A stretch of DNA of 64,000 nucleotides from an uncultured Pseudomonadota bacterium (GTDB lineage: Bacteria; Myxococcota_A; Polyangia; Fen-1088). The notes below the pieces were generated by a model, which saw only the letters and a program-made list of their open reading frames with translations, had not been told where the DNA came from and did no database searches. Positions 50,492 to 60,808 of this stretch are shown one piece after another. The position numbers and the translations under genes are program-made. The DNA lies in NCBI GenBank assembly GCA_963847705.1, contig CAWKBC010000035.1, forward strand, positions 1 to 64,000, given 5' to 3'. Each line of letters begins with the position of its first letter. The stretch's first letter is position 1.

Positions 50492-52045
50492 TCAGGAGGT
50501 CGCGGCGCCGCGGAGCTTTCGCAATCCGGCGCGCCCCTTCATCACCAGGATGCGGGCGTCCGGGTCGATGAGAGCGATCAGCACGAGATAGACCGGGGGA
50601 CCGACCAGCGCGCGGACGACGACCGTCAGCAGGTGGCGGTCCGGACAGAGATAGGCGAGCGCCGCGTACATCGCGCTGGCGGCGAGCGACGCGCGCGCCA
50701 TCGTCGACCAGGGGAGCGTCACCGGCAGAAAGCGGCGGGCGGTGAACGCGAGCGCGCAGGAGGAGACCGCGTAGCTCACCAGCGTGGCGATGGCCGCGCC
50801 CATGATCCCGATGCGCGGCACCAGAATGAGGTTGAGGATCAGGTTGAGAAGGGCCGAGCTGAACACCACCGCCCCGATGTGCTTCGTCTTCCGGTGAATG
50901 AACAGCCCCGCGGCCACCATGGCGTTGGCCCCTTCGAGCACCATCCCGGCGATGACCCAGGGGAGGATGGCCGCCGCGCTGGCATATCGTTCGGAGGCCA
51001 GCGAGGGGAGCAGCTGCGGTCCCACCGAGGCGAGGCCGGCGATCACAGGGGCCCCGAAGAGGACGTAGGTCCGCAACGAGCGGCCGACGAACGCCGCTGT
51101 CTCCTCGGGTCCTTTCTGATCCCACATCTGGATGTAAAGCGGCATGACCGCCTGACCGACAGAGGCCACGAAGGTGGATTGCACGTAGGTGCAGAGGTTG
51201 TAGGCGGCCGAATAGAGGCCCAGGGCCGTGGCCCCGATCGCCCCGTGAATGACGTACCGGTCACCGACGGCCAGGATGATCCCCGACATCTCATACCCGA
51301 TCATCATCGGGATCCCGAACCCCAGCAGCTCATAATAGAGCGGCCGGGAGAAATCGCCGCGGTCGATGCGAATGCCGCCCTCGCGGCGGAAGAACACCGT
51401 CGCGAGGACGACGATCGCCAGCGCCTCCGTGGCCACCGTCGCCCAGTAGAACGCCATCAGGCTCCTGGAGATCACGAACAGCGTCAGCAGGACCAGGGTG
51501 AGGCCCAGGTACCTCTTGCCGACCTGGTACTTCATGAGCACCGTGGTCTCCTGGTCGGCGCGCAGAAAATTGAAGAGCACGCTCTCGAAGACCTGAATCA
51601 CGATGACCAGCGCACCGACAGCGAACAGCCCTTTGAGACGCGGATCGCCCAGCCAACGGCCCGGAAGCAGCACGATCGCGACGATCAAGCTGAACGTGAC
51701 GGCGAGCCCGCTGGCGGTCATCCCGAAGAAGGTCGTCGAATAGAGCTGCGCGGTGCTGAACCGCCCCTTGCCGGCGGTGATCTCGGAGCGGTACCGAATG
51801 ATCGAGTGCTGAACACCGAACTTTCCCAGCGCCACCGAGACCGTCAGCGTCGCGGAGATCAGGTTCATCACGCCGTAGTCGGCCACGGTGAAGATCCGCG
51901 TCATGAGCGGAAAGGTGATGAGCCCCGCCGCCGTCGTCAGCAGGTTCGCCACGGAGTAGTGGGACGCCTGAACGAACAGGCGTCTGATGGGAGACTGCGC
52001 CGCTTTCACGGCGGTCACTGGTGGCCAAGTTGGAGGGTCGGCCAT
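50492..52045 (-). CDS. Wzx-type oligosaccharide flippase (MOP family)
   Basis: Many TM helices; PLMTRIF..DYG, FGIPM, DRYVI, GLYSAAY, NLILVP.IGIMGAAIAT. Confidence 0.88.
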   Translation of the reverse strand: MADPPTWPPVTAVKAAQSPIRRLFVQASHYSVANLLTTAAGLITFPLMTRIFTVADYGVMNLISATLTVSVALGKFGVQHSIIRYRSEITAGKGRFSTAQLYSTTFFGMTASGLAVTFSLIVAIVLLPGRWLGDPRLKGLFAVGALVIVIQVFESVLFNFLRADQETTVLMKYQVGKRYLGLTLVLLTLFVISRSLMAFYWATVATEALAIVVLATVFFRREGGIRIDRGDFSRPLYYELLGFGIPMMIGYEMSGIILAVGDRYVIHGAIGATALGLYSAAYNLCTYVQSTFVASVGQAVMPLYIQMWDQKGPEETAAFVGRSLRTYVLFGAPVIAGLASVGPQLLPSLASERYASAAAILPWVIAGMVLEGANAMVAAGLFIHRKTKHIGAVVFSSALLNLILNLILVPRIGIMGAAIATLVSYAVSSCALAFTARRFLPVTLPWSTMARASLAASAMYAALAYLCPDRHLLTVVVRALVGPPVYLVLIALIDPDARILVMKGRAGLRKLRGAATS

Positions 52046-52182
52046 CCCCACGGATCGATCATGGGAATGACGACGCTGGAGAGCGGCGCACGCACGTGGC
52101 CAGGGCACAATAGCAGACAAACGGGCGGCTCCCGCCGAACCTGAGGCGTGGGCGCTGAGCTTCTCGTCCTTATCTTTGCCGC

Positions 52183-53328
52183 ATGCCCGTCGTGAATCCG
52201 GCCGGAATGAGCAACAAGCCCGCCGAGCGCCCCGGCGGGCCTCCGGCGGCCCTGGAGAGCCTGGCACCCGTGTCCGGTGGCCGGGGCCGGTTCGCGGCGC
52301 TGGCCAGATCGATCGTCGACCTGGCGGCCGTGGCCTATCTGCTCGCGCTGCTGACGGTGGTGGCCGCGCTTCGGCTGATCGGAGAGCGCTGGTGGGTCAC
52401 GACGATTGCCCTCTACCTCCCCCGGATCGGCTTCGCGCTGCCGCTGCCGCTCTTGCTCGTGGCGCTCTCGCTCGCGCGCTCCTACCGGCTGCTGGCCACC
52501 CAGCTCGTGGCGGCGTTCGTCCTTCTCTTTCCGCTGATGGGCCTGCACCTGGGCGGGGCGCCCGCCCACACGCCCGGGGCGTTGCGTTTTCGCCTGTTCA
52601 CCCTGAACACCGGTCTGGGAAAGAACGGCACCGGTGAGATCCTCGATCGCATTCAGGGCGCCAACCCCGACCTGATCGCGCTCGAGGAGGTGGCCGACGA
52701 CGAGGTGGAGGCACTCCGCCTGGGCTTGCCAGGCTATGCCTTCCGGCACCTCGACCAGTTCGTGGTCGCCAGCCGATTTCCCATCGAGGAGGAGGCGGTG
52801 CCCCCGCCGATCCGGAGCGATGGCCGGACAGAGTCGGCCCAGTACACGTCCTGGCGGCTGATCACACCTGCCGGACCGATCCGCCTCTTCGCGGTCCATC
52901 CCGTCTCGCCCCACGACGCCTTCAATCAGCTGCGCGGCCGAGGGCTCCGATACGAGCTCCTGGGCGGCGGGATCCTCGGGTCTGCCTCCGCCCGGGCGAT
53001 GGAGGCGAACACCGAGGAGCGGCTCGAGCAGGTCCGGGCGCTGGCGGCCGCCGCCGCGACGCCCGCCGAGCCCGTGATCATCGCCGGTGACACCAACCTG
53101 CCCGGTCTGAGCTGGGCCTTCTCGCACTGGTTGGGCGGGTTCAGCGACGGCTTCGCCGAGGTGGGACGCGGATTCGGCTACAGCTACCCGGCGCAGAGAA
53201 TGGCCTGGATGCGCATCGACCGCATCCTGGCCGGGCCGCGCTTCCGCTTCCTCCACGTCGCGCCGATCTCGCCCCGCGTCTCCGATCACCTGGCGGTCGC
53301 CGCCGACCTCGAGCTCTTGCCGGACTAA
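52183..53328 (+). CDS. Membrane-anchored endonuclease/exonuclease/phosphatase family protein
   Basis: Three TM helices, then TLN, PDLIALEE, IIAGDTN, RIDRIL, SDH. Confidence 0.85.
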   Translation: MPVVNPAGMSNKPAERPGGPPAALESLAPVSGGRGRFAALARSIVDLAAVAYLLALLTVVAALRLIGERWWVTTIALYLPRIGFALPLPLLLVALSLARSYRLLATQLVAAFVLLFPLMGLHLGGAPAHTPGALRFRLFTLNTGLGKNGTGEILDRIQGANPDLIALEEVADDEVEALRLGLPGYAFRHLDQFVVASRFPIEEEAVPPPIRSDGRTESAQYTSWRLITPAGPIRLFAVHPVSPHDAFNQLRGRGLRYELLGGGILGSASARAMEANTEERLEQVRALAAAAATPAEPVIIAGDTNLPGLSWAFSHWLGGFSDGFAEVGRGFGYSYPAQRMAWMRIDRILAGPRFRFLHVAPISPRVSDHLAVAADLELLPD

Positions 53329-54149
53329 GCCAGCTCGAAGCGGAGCAGGACGTTGCCGATTCGCATGACGTCGCCTGGAACGAGGAGGTGATCGTCGCGC
53401 AACCGCACGAACGTTCCGTTCGAGCTCCCCAGGTCTTCCAGCCGCACGTCGGAGCCCTGCAGCGAGAGGTGGGCGTGCCTGCGCGACATGAACTGGTCGT
53501 CGGAGAAAACGATGTCCCCCTGTTCACGCCCGATCACCACCCGATCGCGGCTGAGATGGAACACGTCGTGGGCCACGCCGGTGGGCCCAACCTGCCGCAG
53601 CCGCGCCCAGGAAGGGCGGCAGTTCGTTCCGAACTGTACGACGTTGTGTTGAACCGCGGGGCGAAGGTCCTTCTCGAAGTCGGGAATCAGCTGGAACTCC
53701 AGCACCTGCCGGCCGACCAGGATCAGATCGCCGTCTCGCAGCAGTGCGCCGGCACGCAGTCGGATGTAGATGCCGTTCTTGCTTTGCAGGTCGCTCAGCA
53801 CCTGGCCCGTCGGGGCCGACACGATGCGCGCATGCCGCGGCGACAGATAGGCATCCTCGAACAGGAGGTCGCCCTCGGTTCGCCCGATGTCGATCTGATT
53901 GCCGCGCAGGACGTAGCTGGCGCCGTCCGTGCCGTCGTGGTGCACGAAGATCAGGCGAAAGCCGCCCGGTGCCAGCGGCCGTTCGGCCATCCGGTGCGCC
54001 GCCAGGTGGTCCAACGCCGCGCGCAGCCTGGCCGCGCTGGCGTCCCCGTTCTGATCACGCCGCGGAGCGCCGGTGGCCAGGCGCGTCCCGCAAGCGAGGC
54101 AAAAGGACGCCTCCTCGGGGTTTTGCGTTCCGCACTGGCCACAGATCAT
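53325..54149 (-). CDS. Zinc-ribbon plus double FHA domain protein
   Basis: CGQCG..FCLACG; two FHA domains (IGR..LSPRHA..SKNG; IGR..MSRRHA..SSNGTF). Confidence 0.9.
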   Translation of the reverse strand: MICGQCGTQNPEEASFCLACGTRLATGAPRRDQNGDASAARLRAALDHLAAHRMAERPLAPGGFRLIFVHHDGTDGASYVLRGNQIDIGRTEGDLLFEDAYLSPRHARIVSAPTGQVLSDLQSKNGIYIRLRAGALLRDGDLILVGRQVLEFQLIPDFEKDLRPAVQHNVVQFGTNCRPSWARLRQVGPTGVAHDVFHLSRDRVVIGREQGDIVFSDDQFMSRRHAHLSLQGSDVRLEDLGSSNGTFVRLRDDHLLVPGDVMRIGNVLLRFELA

Positions 54150-54232
54150 CGCGCAATCCGTATGTAACCGCGACGATGTGGTCGGTCAAATGCCGGCCGC
54201 GCCGTCGTCTCTGGTAGTTTCGCGCCGAAGAC

Positions 54233-55393
54233 ATGATCCCGGTCGGTTCAAACGAGCGGCTGGCGCTGTTTCTTCCCACCCTCGACGACGGCGGAGCGGA
54301 ACGGGTGATGTTGCAGCTCGCGGCCTCCTTCTCGGCGCGCGGTCGCGCGGTCGACCTGGTGGTCGCCGTCCCGGGAGGCCCGCTCGAGGCGCAGGTTCCG
54401 CCGGGACCCCGTGTCGTGAGCCTGGGCGCGTCCCGCACCGTCCTGGCTCTCCCGGCGCTGATTCGTTACCTGCGGGGGGAGCGTCCGGCGGCGCTCCTGT
54501 CGACGCTCGAGCACGCCAACGTCCTCGCCGTCGGCGCCGGCGCGCTCGCTGGCGCCGGGGTTCCGATCGTCCTGCGGGAGGCCAACGTGCTGTTGCCGCG
54601 CGCCAGGCTCGGGCGGCAGGCGCGCCTGCTGCGTGGCCTCATGCGGCGGGCGTACCGAATGGCGGACCGAATCGTCGCGGTCTCGAGAAGCGTCGCCACC
54701 AGCTTGACCGCGGAGCTCGAGCTCGACGCGGGGCGCATCCGCACCATCTACAACCCCATCGTGACCGCCGTGCTGCACGAGAAGGCGAAGGCGCCCCTCG
54801 ACGATCCCTGGTTCGCGCCCGGTGCCCCCCCCGTCGTGCTCGGCGTCGGGCGGTTGGCTCCCCAGAAGGACTTCTCGACGCTGATCCGTGCCTTCGCCCA
54901 GCTCCGCGCCGGACGCCGGGCGCGACTGGTGATTCTGGGCGAGGGCCCCCAGCGCCGCCCCCTCGAAGAGCTGACCCGCCAGCTCGGCGTCGCCGCCGAC
55001 GTCAAGCTCCCCGGCCACGACCACAACCCATTTCGTTACATGGCGCGCGCGTCGGTCTTCGCGCTGTCGTCCCTCTACGAGGGTCTCCCCGGCGCGCTGA
55101 TCCAGGCGATGGCTTGCGGCTGCCGTGTCATCAGCACCGATGGCCCCGGCGGCGCGCGCGAGGTCCTCGAGGATGGCGAGAGTGGCGGCGACGGCAGGCG
55201 TGGCGAGAACAGAACGGCCGGTCCGCTGGTCCCGCCGGGTGATCCCGCCGCGCTGGCGCGCGGCCTCTCCGCCTTGCTCGACGACGCAGGCACCGGTCCG
55301 GCGCGCGTCCCTCATCGGGTGGACCGCTTCTCGGAGAGGGCCGCCGTCGACGCCTATCTCGACGTCCTCGGCGCCGACCGCGGCTCCTCCTGA
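54233..55393 (+). CDS. GT4 glycosyltransferase
   Basis: GGAERV, IYNP, VGRLAPQKDF, NPFRYM, YEGLPGALIQAMACG. Confidence 0.9.
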   Translation: MIPVGSNERLALFLPTLDDGGAERVMLQLAASFSARGRAVDLVVAVPGGPLEAQVPPGPRVVSLGASRTVLALPALIRYLRGERPAALLSTLEHANVLAVGAGALAGAGVPIVLREANVLLPRARLGRQARLLRGLMRRAYRMADRIVAVSRSVATSLTAELELDAGRIRTIYNPIVTAVLHEKAKAPLDDPWFAPGAPPVVLGVGRLAPQKDFSTLIRAFAQLRAGRRARLVILGEGPQRRPLEELTRQLGVAADVKLPGHDHNPFRYMARASVFALSSLYEGLPGALIQAMACGCRVISTDGPGGAREVLEDGESGGDGRRGENRTAGPLVPPGDPAALARGLSALLDDAGTGPARVPHRVDRFSERAAVDAYLDVLGADRGSS

Positions 55394-55467
55394 CGAGAGG
55401 CCGGGCTCAGCCGCCGCGTCCATCGAGGGCGAGGGACCGGCGCCATCCGAATGAGGACACACCGGCG

Positions 55468-56556
55468 GTGATTACCTTTACGGACGTGGTGGTGGACGGG
55501 GCGGCAAGGCGCACGGCGCAGATGGTGGTGACGGGCGCGGCGACGGCGCTCATCATCGCCGTCGCCTTCCCGCTGTGGCGGCCGTTGCTGGTCGCCACGG
55601 TGCTGGCGGGCACACTTTCGCCCCTCTACGAATCCGCGGTGCGGCGCCTGGGCGGCCGGCGGTCCTTCGGGGCGGCGCTGTTTACGGCGGCCACTGTCAT
55701 CCTGATCCTGATTCCGGTCGCGCTGCTCGCGACCATCGCCGTCCGCGAGGCAGCGCAGGTGGTCGGGCTCGCTCGCGACATCATCGCCTCCGAGGGGATC
55801 ACGGGGCTGATCGCCAGAGCGCCCGATCCGATCGAGGGCTGGTTGCATCGCCTGGTGAAGTTGCTTCCGGGCGGGATCGATCGGGCGCAGTCGCCGTTCG
55901 CCGCCGGCGGGCGCTGGGCCCTGGGGGCGCTGTCGGGGGCGCTGGCGGTGCTGGCCCTGTTCGGCCTCCGGTTCTTGCTGATGTTGATCGCGCTCTTCTT
56001 CCTGTTGCGTGACGGCCCCGCGCTCGTCGACTGGTTCATCGGCGCGACACCGCTCGCACCCGAGCGCGTGCGCGCGATGATGCGGGAGTTTCGGGTCGTC
56101 GCCCGCTCCGTGGTGGGCGCCAACTTCATCACCGCGGCGGCGCAGGCCGCCGTCGCCACGATCGGATTCGCCATCGGCCGCGCTCCCAGCCCGATCTTCT
56201 TCGGGCTGCTCTGCCTCTTCTCGTCGCTGATTCCCTCGGTGGGGACCACGCTGGTGACGCTCCCCGTGGCCGGGCTGGTGCTGCTGCTCGGTCACCCCTG
56301 GTCGGCTCTCTTCCTGGCGGTGTGGGGGGCGGTGGTCGTTGGCCTGATCGACAACCTCCTGCGGCCGATGCTCATCCGAGGCGAGGACCAGCACAGCGCG
56401 CTGGTCTTCTTCTCTCTCATCGGCGCCATCAGCGCCTTCGGCGCCGCAGGCCTGTTCCTCGGACCGCTGGCGCTGGCCTTCTTTCTGGCCGTCGTTCGCA
56501 CCAGGCGGCGGGAGCGGGAGACGCCTGCCTCGGGGGGGCTGCGGCTGGACGGCTAG
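55468..56556 (+). CDS. AI-2E family transporter
   Basis: Multi-TM; LFFLLRDG, SLIPSVG, IDNLLRP, FG..GLFLGP. Confidence 0.88.
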   Translation: MITFTDVVVDGAARRTAQMVVTGAATALIIAVAFPLWRPLLVATVLAGTLSPLYESAVRRLGGRRSFGAALFTAATVILILIPVALLATIAVREAAQVVGLARDIIASEGITGLIARAPDPIEGWLHRLVKLLPGGIDRAQSPFAAGGRWALGALSGALAVLALFGLRFLLMLIALFFLLRDGPALVDWFIGATPLAPERVRAMMREFRVVARSVVGANFITAAAQAAVATIGFAIGRAPSPIFFGLLCLFSSLIPSVGTTLVTLPVAGLVLLLGHPWSALFLAVWGAVVVGLIDNLLRPMLIRGEDQHSALVFFSLIGAISAFGAAGLFLGPLALAFFLAVVRTRRRERETPASGGLRLDG

Positions 56557-56557
56557 G

Positions 56558-57169
56558 TCAGCTGCCGGCGCCCTTGCGCAAGTCCACGGCCACCGGCTCG
56601 GCGTAGGTGAGCACCACCGTGTCGCCGGGGGCGAGCGACCGCAGCTGCCGGCGCCCCGCCGGATCGCGCACCAGCAGGGTCTGCGGCAGCCCGTCCGGGG
56701 TGATGATCTGAAGCGCCCCTCCGTTCTTGTCGACCGCCGTCACGCGCGCCGCCGTGGTGATCGGCGGCGCGCCCACGGCGCCAAGGGCTGGAGCGCTGGC
56801 CCGGGTGGGCGTCTCTGGCGCTTCATCGGCGGGAGCATTGGTGGGACCAAAAGAAAGAACGGTTGACGGGTAATAGTCGAGCTCGACCTGATCGCCCTTC
56901 TCGAGCTTGTCGAACCCCTCGACGGTCGGGGCGACCCTGACCGTCATTTGAGAACCGTCCTGGCCTTGCACGACCATCGATCGATTCGACCGGTCAATCC
57001 TTTCGACCGAGAAGGAAGCCGTGGTGGCCTCGCTCGCCGACGGTCCGTCGACCGACGACGGTTGTAGCGTTGCGGTCGCCGCACTGTCAGCGCCGGTGTA
57101 GGCATCGGCCGCGACCGGAAAACCGATCCCCAAACTCAACAGCGCCGCCATCACACCGGCTCCGCTCAT
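56558..57169 (-). CDS. Exported hypothetical protein with two OB-fold-like repeats
   Basis: GGAGG RBS, signal peptide; V..ID..NR..V..G.DG..LEKGDQV..Y and V.AVD....L..GDTV...Y.E.VAV. Confidence 0.65.
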   Translation of the reverse strand: MSGAGVMAALLSLGIGFPVAADAYTGADSAATATLQPSSVDGPSASEATTASFSVERIDRSNRSMVVQGQDGSQMTVRVAPTVEGFDKLEKGDQVELDYYPSTVLSFGPTNAPADEAPETPTRASAPALGAVGAPPITTAARVTAVDKNGGALQIITPDGLPQTLLVRDPAGRRQLRSLAPGDTVVLTYAEPVAVDLRKGAGS

Positions 57170-57269
57170 GTGAGCCTCCGTTGTCAATATGCTGGCCGGA
57201 TGGTTTTCGGCAAGCAGAGGCGCGTGGTCGTCGTCACGACGGCGCGGCGGCGGATCGACCGCTCACGGA

Positions 57270-59105
57270 TCAGTGGAAGGCGGCGGCGCCGTGGCCGAGC
57301 ATCGGCTCGTCCAGCGAGCGCTTTTGCGACGCGCTCTCGATGATGCGCGCGGTGAGGATCAGCGCCAGGTGCGAGAACGCCTGGGGGAAGTTGCTGATCA
57401 GGCGCTGCAGCTTGGGGTCGTACTCCTCGGAGAGCAGCCCCAGGTGGTTGCGCAGGGAAAGCAGGCGCTCGAACAGCTCCTCGGCCTCGGCGATCCGCCC
57501 GGCGAAGGCGTAGTTGTCGGCGAGCCAGAAGCTGCAGGCCAGAAAGGCCCCCTCCGTCCCCGGCAGCCCGTCGGTTCCGTGCTCGGTCCCGTAGCGGAGC
57601 ACGAACCCGTCCCGGAGCAGCTCCTTCTCGATGGCGGCCACGGTCCCTCGCATGCGGGGATCGGTGCCGGGGAGAAACCCGTAGTGCGGAATCACCAGCA
57701 CGCTGGCGTCGAGCGCCTCCGCGCCATACGACTGGGTGAAGGCGCCGACGCGCGGGTTGAAGCCACGCTCGCAGACCTCGGCGTGGATCCGCTCCCGCAG
57801 CGCGCTCAGGTGAGCCAGCATCTTCTTGCCCTCGTCGCCGCCCAGCCCGAACTCGGCGATGGCCTTGACCAGGCGATCGAAGGCGACCCAGGCCATGACC
57901 TTGGAGTGCGTGAAGTGCCGGCGCCCGCCGCGCACCTCCCAGATGCCATCGTCGGGTTTCTGCCAGGCCTCCTCGAGGAAGGCGATCAGGTCCTTGGTGG
58001 CGCGCCACCCCGCCTCGGTCCCCTTCATTCCCATCCGGTACGCCGCGTAGATGGAGGCCATGACCTCGCCATAGACGTCGAGCTGGAACTGGCCCGAGGC
58101 CGCGTTGCCCACGCGGACCGGCTTCGAGCCCTCATACCCGGGCAACCAATCGAGCTCGAACTCGGTGAGGCGCCGCGCGCCGGAGATGCTGTACATGATC
58201 TGCAGGTCGGCCGGATCGCCCGCCACGGCGCGCAGCAGCCAGTCGCGGAAGGCCCGCGCCTCGTCGAGGTAGCCGCCGATCAAGAAGGCGTCGAGCGTGA
58301 GGCTGGCGTCGCGCAACCAGCAGAAGCGATAGTCCCAGTTGCGGACGCCGCCGATCGACTCCGGCAGCGAGCTGGTCGGCGCCGCCACGATCCCACCCGT
58401 GGGCGCGAAGGTCATCGCCTTGAGCGTGATCAGCGACCGCAGCACGGCATCGCGCCAGCGCCCTTCGTAGGTGCAGCGTGCCGCCCAGGTCTGCCAGTAC
58501 GACTCCGTGGCCGCCAGCGCCTTGTCGACGTCGAGACCTTGCGGGGGGCCCTCGTGCGAAGGGAACCAGGTCAGCTGCAGCGGGATGCGGTCCCCCTTCT
58601 TGACGTTCAGATAGGCTGACACGCGTTTGCCCTCGAACTGAAGGGGCGCCGGGCCCCGCAAGACCAGGGCGTCCGGCCCCGCCATGAAGCAGGTGCCCCC
58701 GTCGGGCGTCTTGTCGATGAGGGGCGCGTCGGCGCCGAACCCGAAGCGGACGTTCAGCAGCATCTCGATCGGCACCTCGCCCTCGAGCCCTTCGATGATC
58801 CGGACGACATCACACCGGCCGGTCCCCGTCGGCATGAAATCGATGAGGCGGGCCGCGCCGCCGTCGCAGGCGAACTCGGTCTCCAGGATCAGCGTCTCGT
58901 CCCGGTACCGCTGGCGCGTCTCGCGGATGCGCACCGTGGGCCGGATACCCCAGCGGCCGTGCTCGTCGTACCCGACGAGCGCCGTGAAGCAGGCGTCCGA
59001 GTCGAAGCGCGGCGCGCACAGCCAGTCGATCGACCCGCTGCGCGAGACCAGCGCGGTGGTGAGGGTGTTCCCGATCAACCCGTAGTCCTCGATTTTTGAT
59101 GCCAC
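57270..59105 (-). CDS. GH15 glycoside hydrolase (trehalase/glucoamylase)
   Basis: GTG start with GGAGG RBS; IEDYGLIG, IDWLC.PRFDS, RNWDYRFCWLRD, QLDVYGE, GIWEVR, LLSEEYD, NFPQAFSH. Confidence 0.93.
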   Translation of the reverse strand: MASKIEDYGLIGNTLTTALVSRSGSIDWLCAPRFDSDACFTALVGYDEHGRWGIRPTVRIRETRQRYRDETLILETEFACDGGAARLIDFMPTGTGRCDVVRIIEGLEGEVPIEMLLNVRFGFGADAPLIDKTPDGGTCFMAGPDALVLRGPAPLQFEGKRVSAYLNVKKGDRIPLQLTWFPSHEGPPQGLDVDKALAATESYWQTWAARCTYEGRWRDAVLRSLITLKAMTFAPTGGIVAAPTSSLPESIGGVRNWDYRFCWLRDASLTLDAFLIGGYLDEARAFRDWLLRAVAGDPADLQIMYSISGARRLTEFELDWLPGYEGSKPVRVGNAASGQFQLDVYGEVMASIYAAYRMGMKGTEAGWRATKDLIAFLEEAWQKPDDGIWEVRGGRRHFTHSKVMAWVAFDRLVKAIAEFGLGGDEGKKMLAHLSALRERIHAEVCERGFNPRVGAFTQSYGAEALDASVLVIPHYGFLPGTDPRMRGTVAAIEKELLRDGFVLRYGTEHGTDGLPGTEGAFLACSFWLADNYAFAGRIAEAEELFERLLSLRNHLGLLSEEYDPKLQRLISNFPQAFSHLALILTARIIESASQKRSLDEPMLGHGAAAFH

Positions 59106-59359
59106 GTTCCCCTCCTTGCAGCCTCCGGAGAGCTGCGAAAACGAAGCGCGAGCGGACGAATCACACGCTCGTGCACCGGCAACCAATCAAGAACCTAAGT
59201 CACACGGAGGGGCGGGCAATCGATTCGACCGCTGCCTGAGTCAAGCTGGGCCGCCGGTTCGTTGCGCCGAATCAGCGCTTCCGTGGCGATCGTAAGCCGC
59301 TCGCTCAACTCGCGCGCTGCCCCGCTGCTGGGCGCGACGGCGGCCTCATATTTCCGTTC

Positions 59360-60805
59360 ATGCTCGACCTGGTCGACGTCGGTGAGTCGTCCCTGTCGTC
59401 CTACGCGGGGGTCGCCCCCGGCGATCTTCTCGACGCTGTGTCGCGCACCGCGCAAGCGCTCCGCGGCGCGCGCGTGCTGCACGTCAACGCCACACCTTAC
59501 GGCGGAGGTGTCTCGGAGCTGCTCCGCTCCGTGGTGCCGCTGCTCAACGATCAGGGCCTCTCGGCCGACTGGCGGATCATCAGCGGCGACGAGCCATTCT
59601 TCCAGGTGACCAAGGCGATCCACAACGGGCTGCAGGGGGCGAAGGTGCAGCTCTCCGACGCCGACAAGGCGCGCTACCTGGCGACCTCGCGCGCCAACGC
59701 CGTGGGCTTCGACCTGGGCTACGACTTCATCTTCATCCACGATCCGCAGCCGGCCGCGCTGCTGGGGTTCACCGGCAAGGGAGGGGCGCGGTGGATCTGG
59801 CGCTCGCACATCGACACCGCGAACGCGAATCCGGAGGTCTGGAGCTTTCTGCGCCCGTTCCTGGCCGAGTACGACGCGTCCATCTTCACGATGGCCGAGT
59901 TCGTCCCCGCCGACCTGCCCACGCCGGTCGTCGAGATCATCCCCCCCGCCATCGATCCCCGGAACCCGAAGAACCTGGCGCTCCCGGTGGCGACGGCCCG
60001 CCAGGTCCTGGAGTGGATCGGCGTCCGCACCGCGCACCCGCTGGTCACGCAGGTCTCACGCTTCGATCCCTGGAAGGATCCGCTGGGCGTCATCGAGGCC
60101 TGTCGGCTGGCCCGCCAGGAGGTGCCCGAGCTGCAGCTGGCCCTGGTGGGGTCGATGGCCTCCGACGATCCCGAGGGCTGGGACATGTACCGCGCCATCC
60201 GGAGCGCGATCGCCGGCGACAAGCGCACGCACCTGTTCACGAACCTGGTCGGCGTCGGCAACGTCGAGGTCAACGCCTTCCAGGCGCTGTCGAAGGTGGT
60301 GGTCCAGAAGTCGCTGCGCGAGGGGTTCGGGCTGGTCGTCGCCGAGGCGTTGTGGAAAGGGACGCCGGTCGTCGCCGGTCGGGCCGGCGGCATCCCCCTG
60401 CAGATGGCCGACGGGACGGGCGGCATCCTGGTCGACAGCGTCGAGGAGTGTGCGCGCGCGCTGGTCACACTGCTGCGCGACCAGGAGCGCGCACGCGCGC
60501 TGGGCGCCAGCGGCCGCGAGCGCGTGCGGCGGCACTTCCTGACCCCGCGGCTGGTCCTCGACGAGCTCTCGCTCATGCGGCGCATGGCGACCGGCGCCCC
60601 CGCGGGCCGCGCCTACGAGCTGGGGTCCCACCGCGATCCGGTCTGCGGCATGGCGGTCGAGGCGGGCGAGCAGACCACCACCCTCGACGGGTTCACGCTC
60701 AGGTTCTGCTCGTCCCAGTGTCGCGCGACCTTCGCGCGCGACCCCGAGCGCTACCTGGGCGCGACGGGGGCGCAGGCACTTGGCGCCGGAGCGACCGCCG
60801 GCTGA
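59360..60805 (+). CDS. treT: TreT-like trehalose glycosyltransferring synthase with C-terminal YHS domain
   Basis: HVNAT.YGGGVSELL, IHDPQP, WRSHID, QVSRFDPWKD, QKSLREGFGL; C-terminal DPVCGM..FCSSQC..F..DPERY. Confidence 0.82.
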   Translation: MLDLVDVGESSLSSYAGVAPGDLLDAVSRTAQALRGARVLHVNATPYGGGVSELLRSVVPLLNDQGLSADWRIISGDEPFFQVTKAIHNGLQGAKVQLSDADKARYLATSRANAVGFDLGYDFIFIHDPQPAALLGFTGKGGARWIWRSHIDTANANPEVWSFLRPFLAEYDASIFTMAEFVPADLPTPVVEIIPPAIDPRNPKNLALPVATARQVLEWIGVRTAHPLVTQVSRFDPWKDPLGVIEACRLARQEVPELQLALVGSMASDDPEGWDMYRAIRSAIAGDKRTHLFTNLVGVGNVEVNAFQALSKVVVQKSLREGFGLVVAEALWKGTPVVAGRAGGIPLQMADGTGGILVDSVEECARALVTLLRDQERARALGASGRERVRRHFLTPRLVLDELSLMRRMATGAPAGRAYELGSHRDPVCGMAVEAGEQTTTLDGFTLRFCSSQCRATFARDPERYLGATGAQALGAGATAG

Positions 60806-60808
60806 CGG

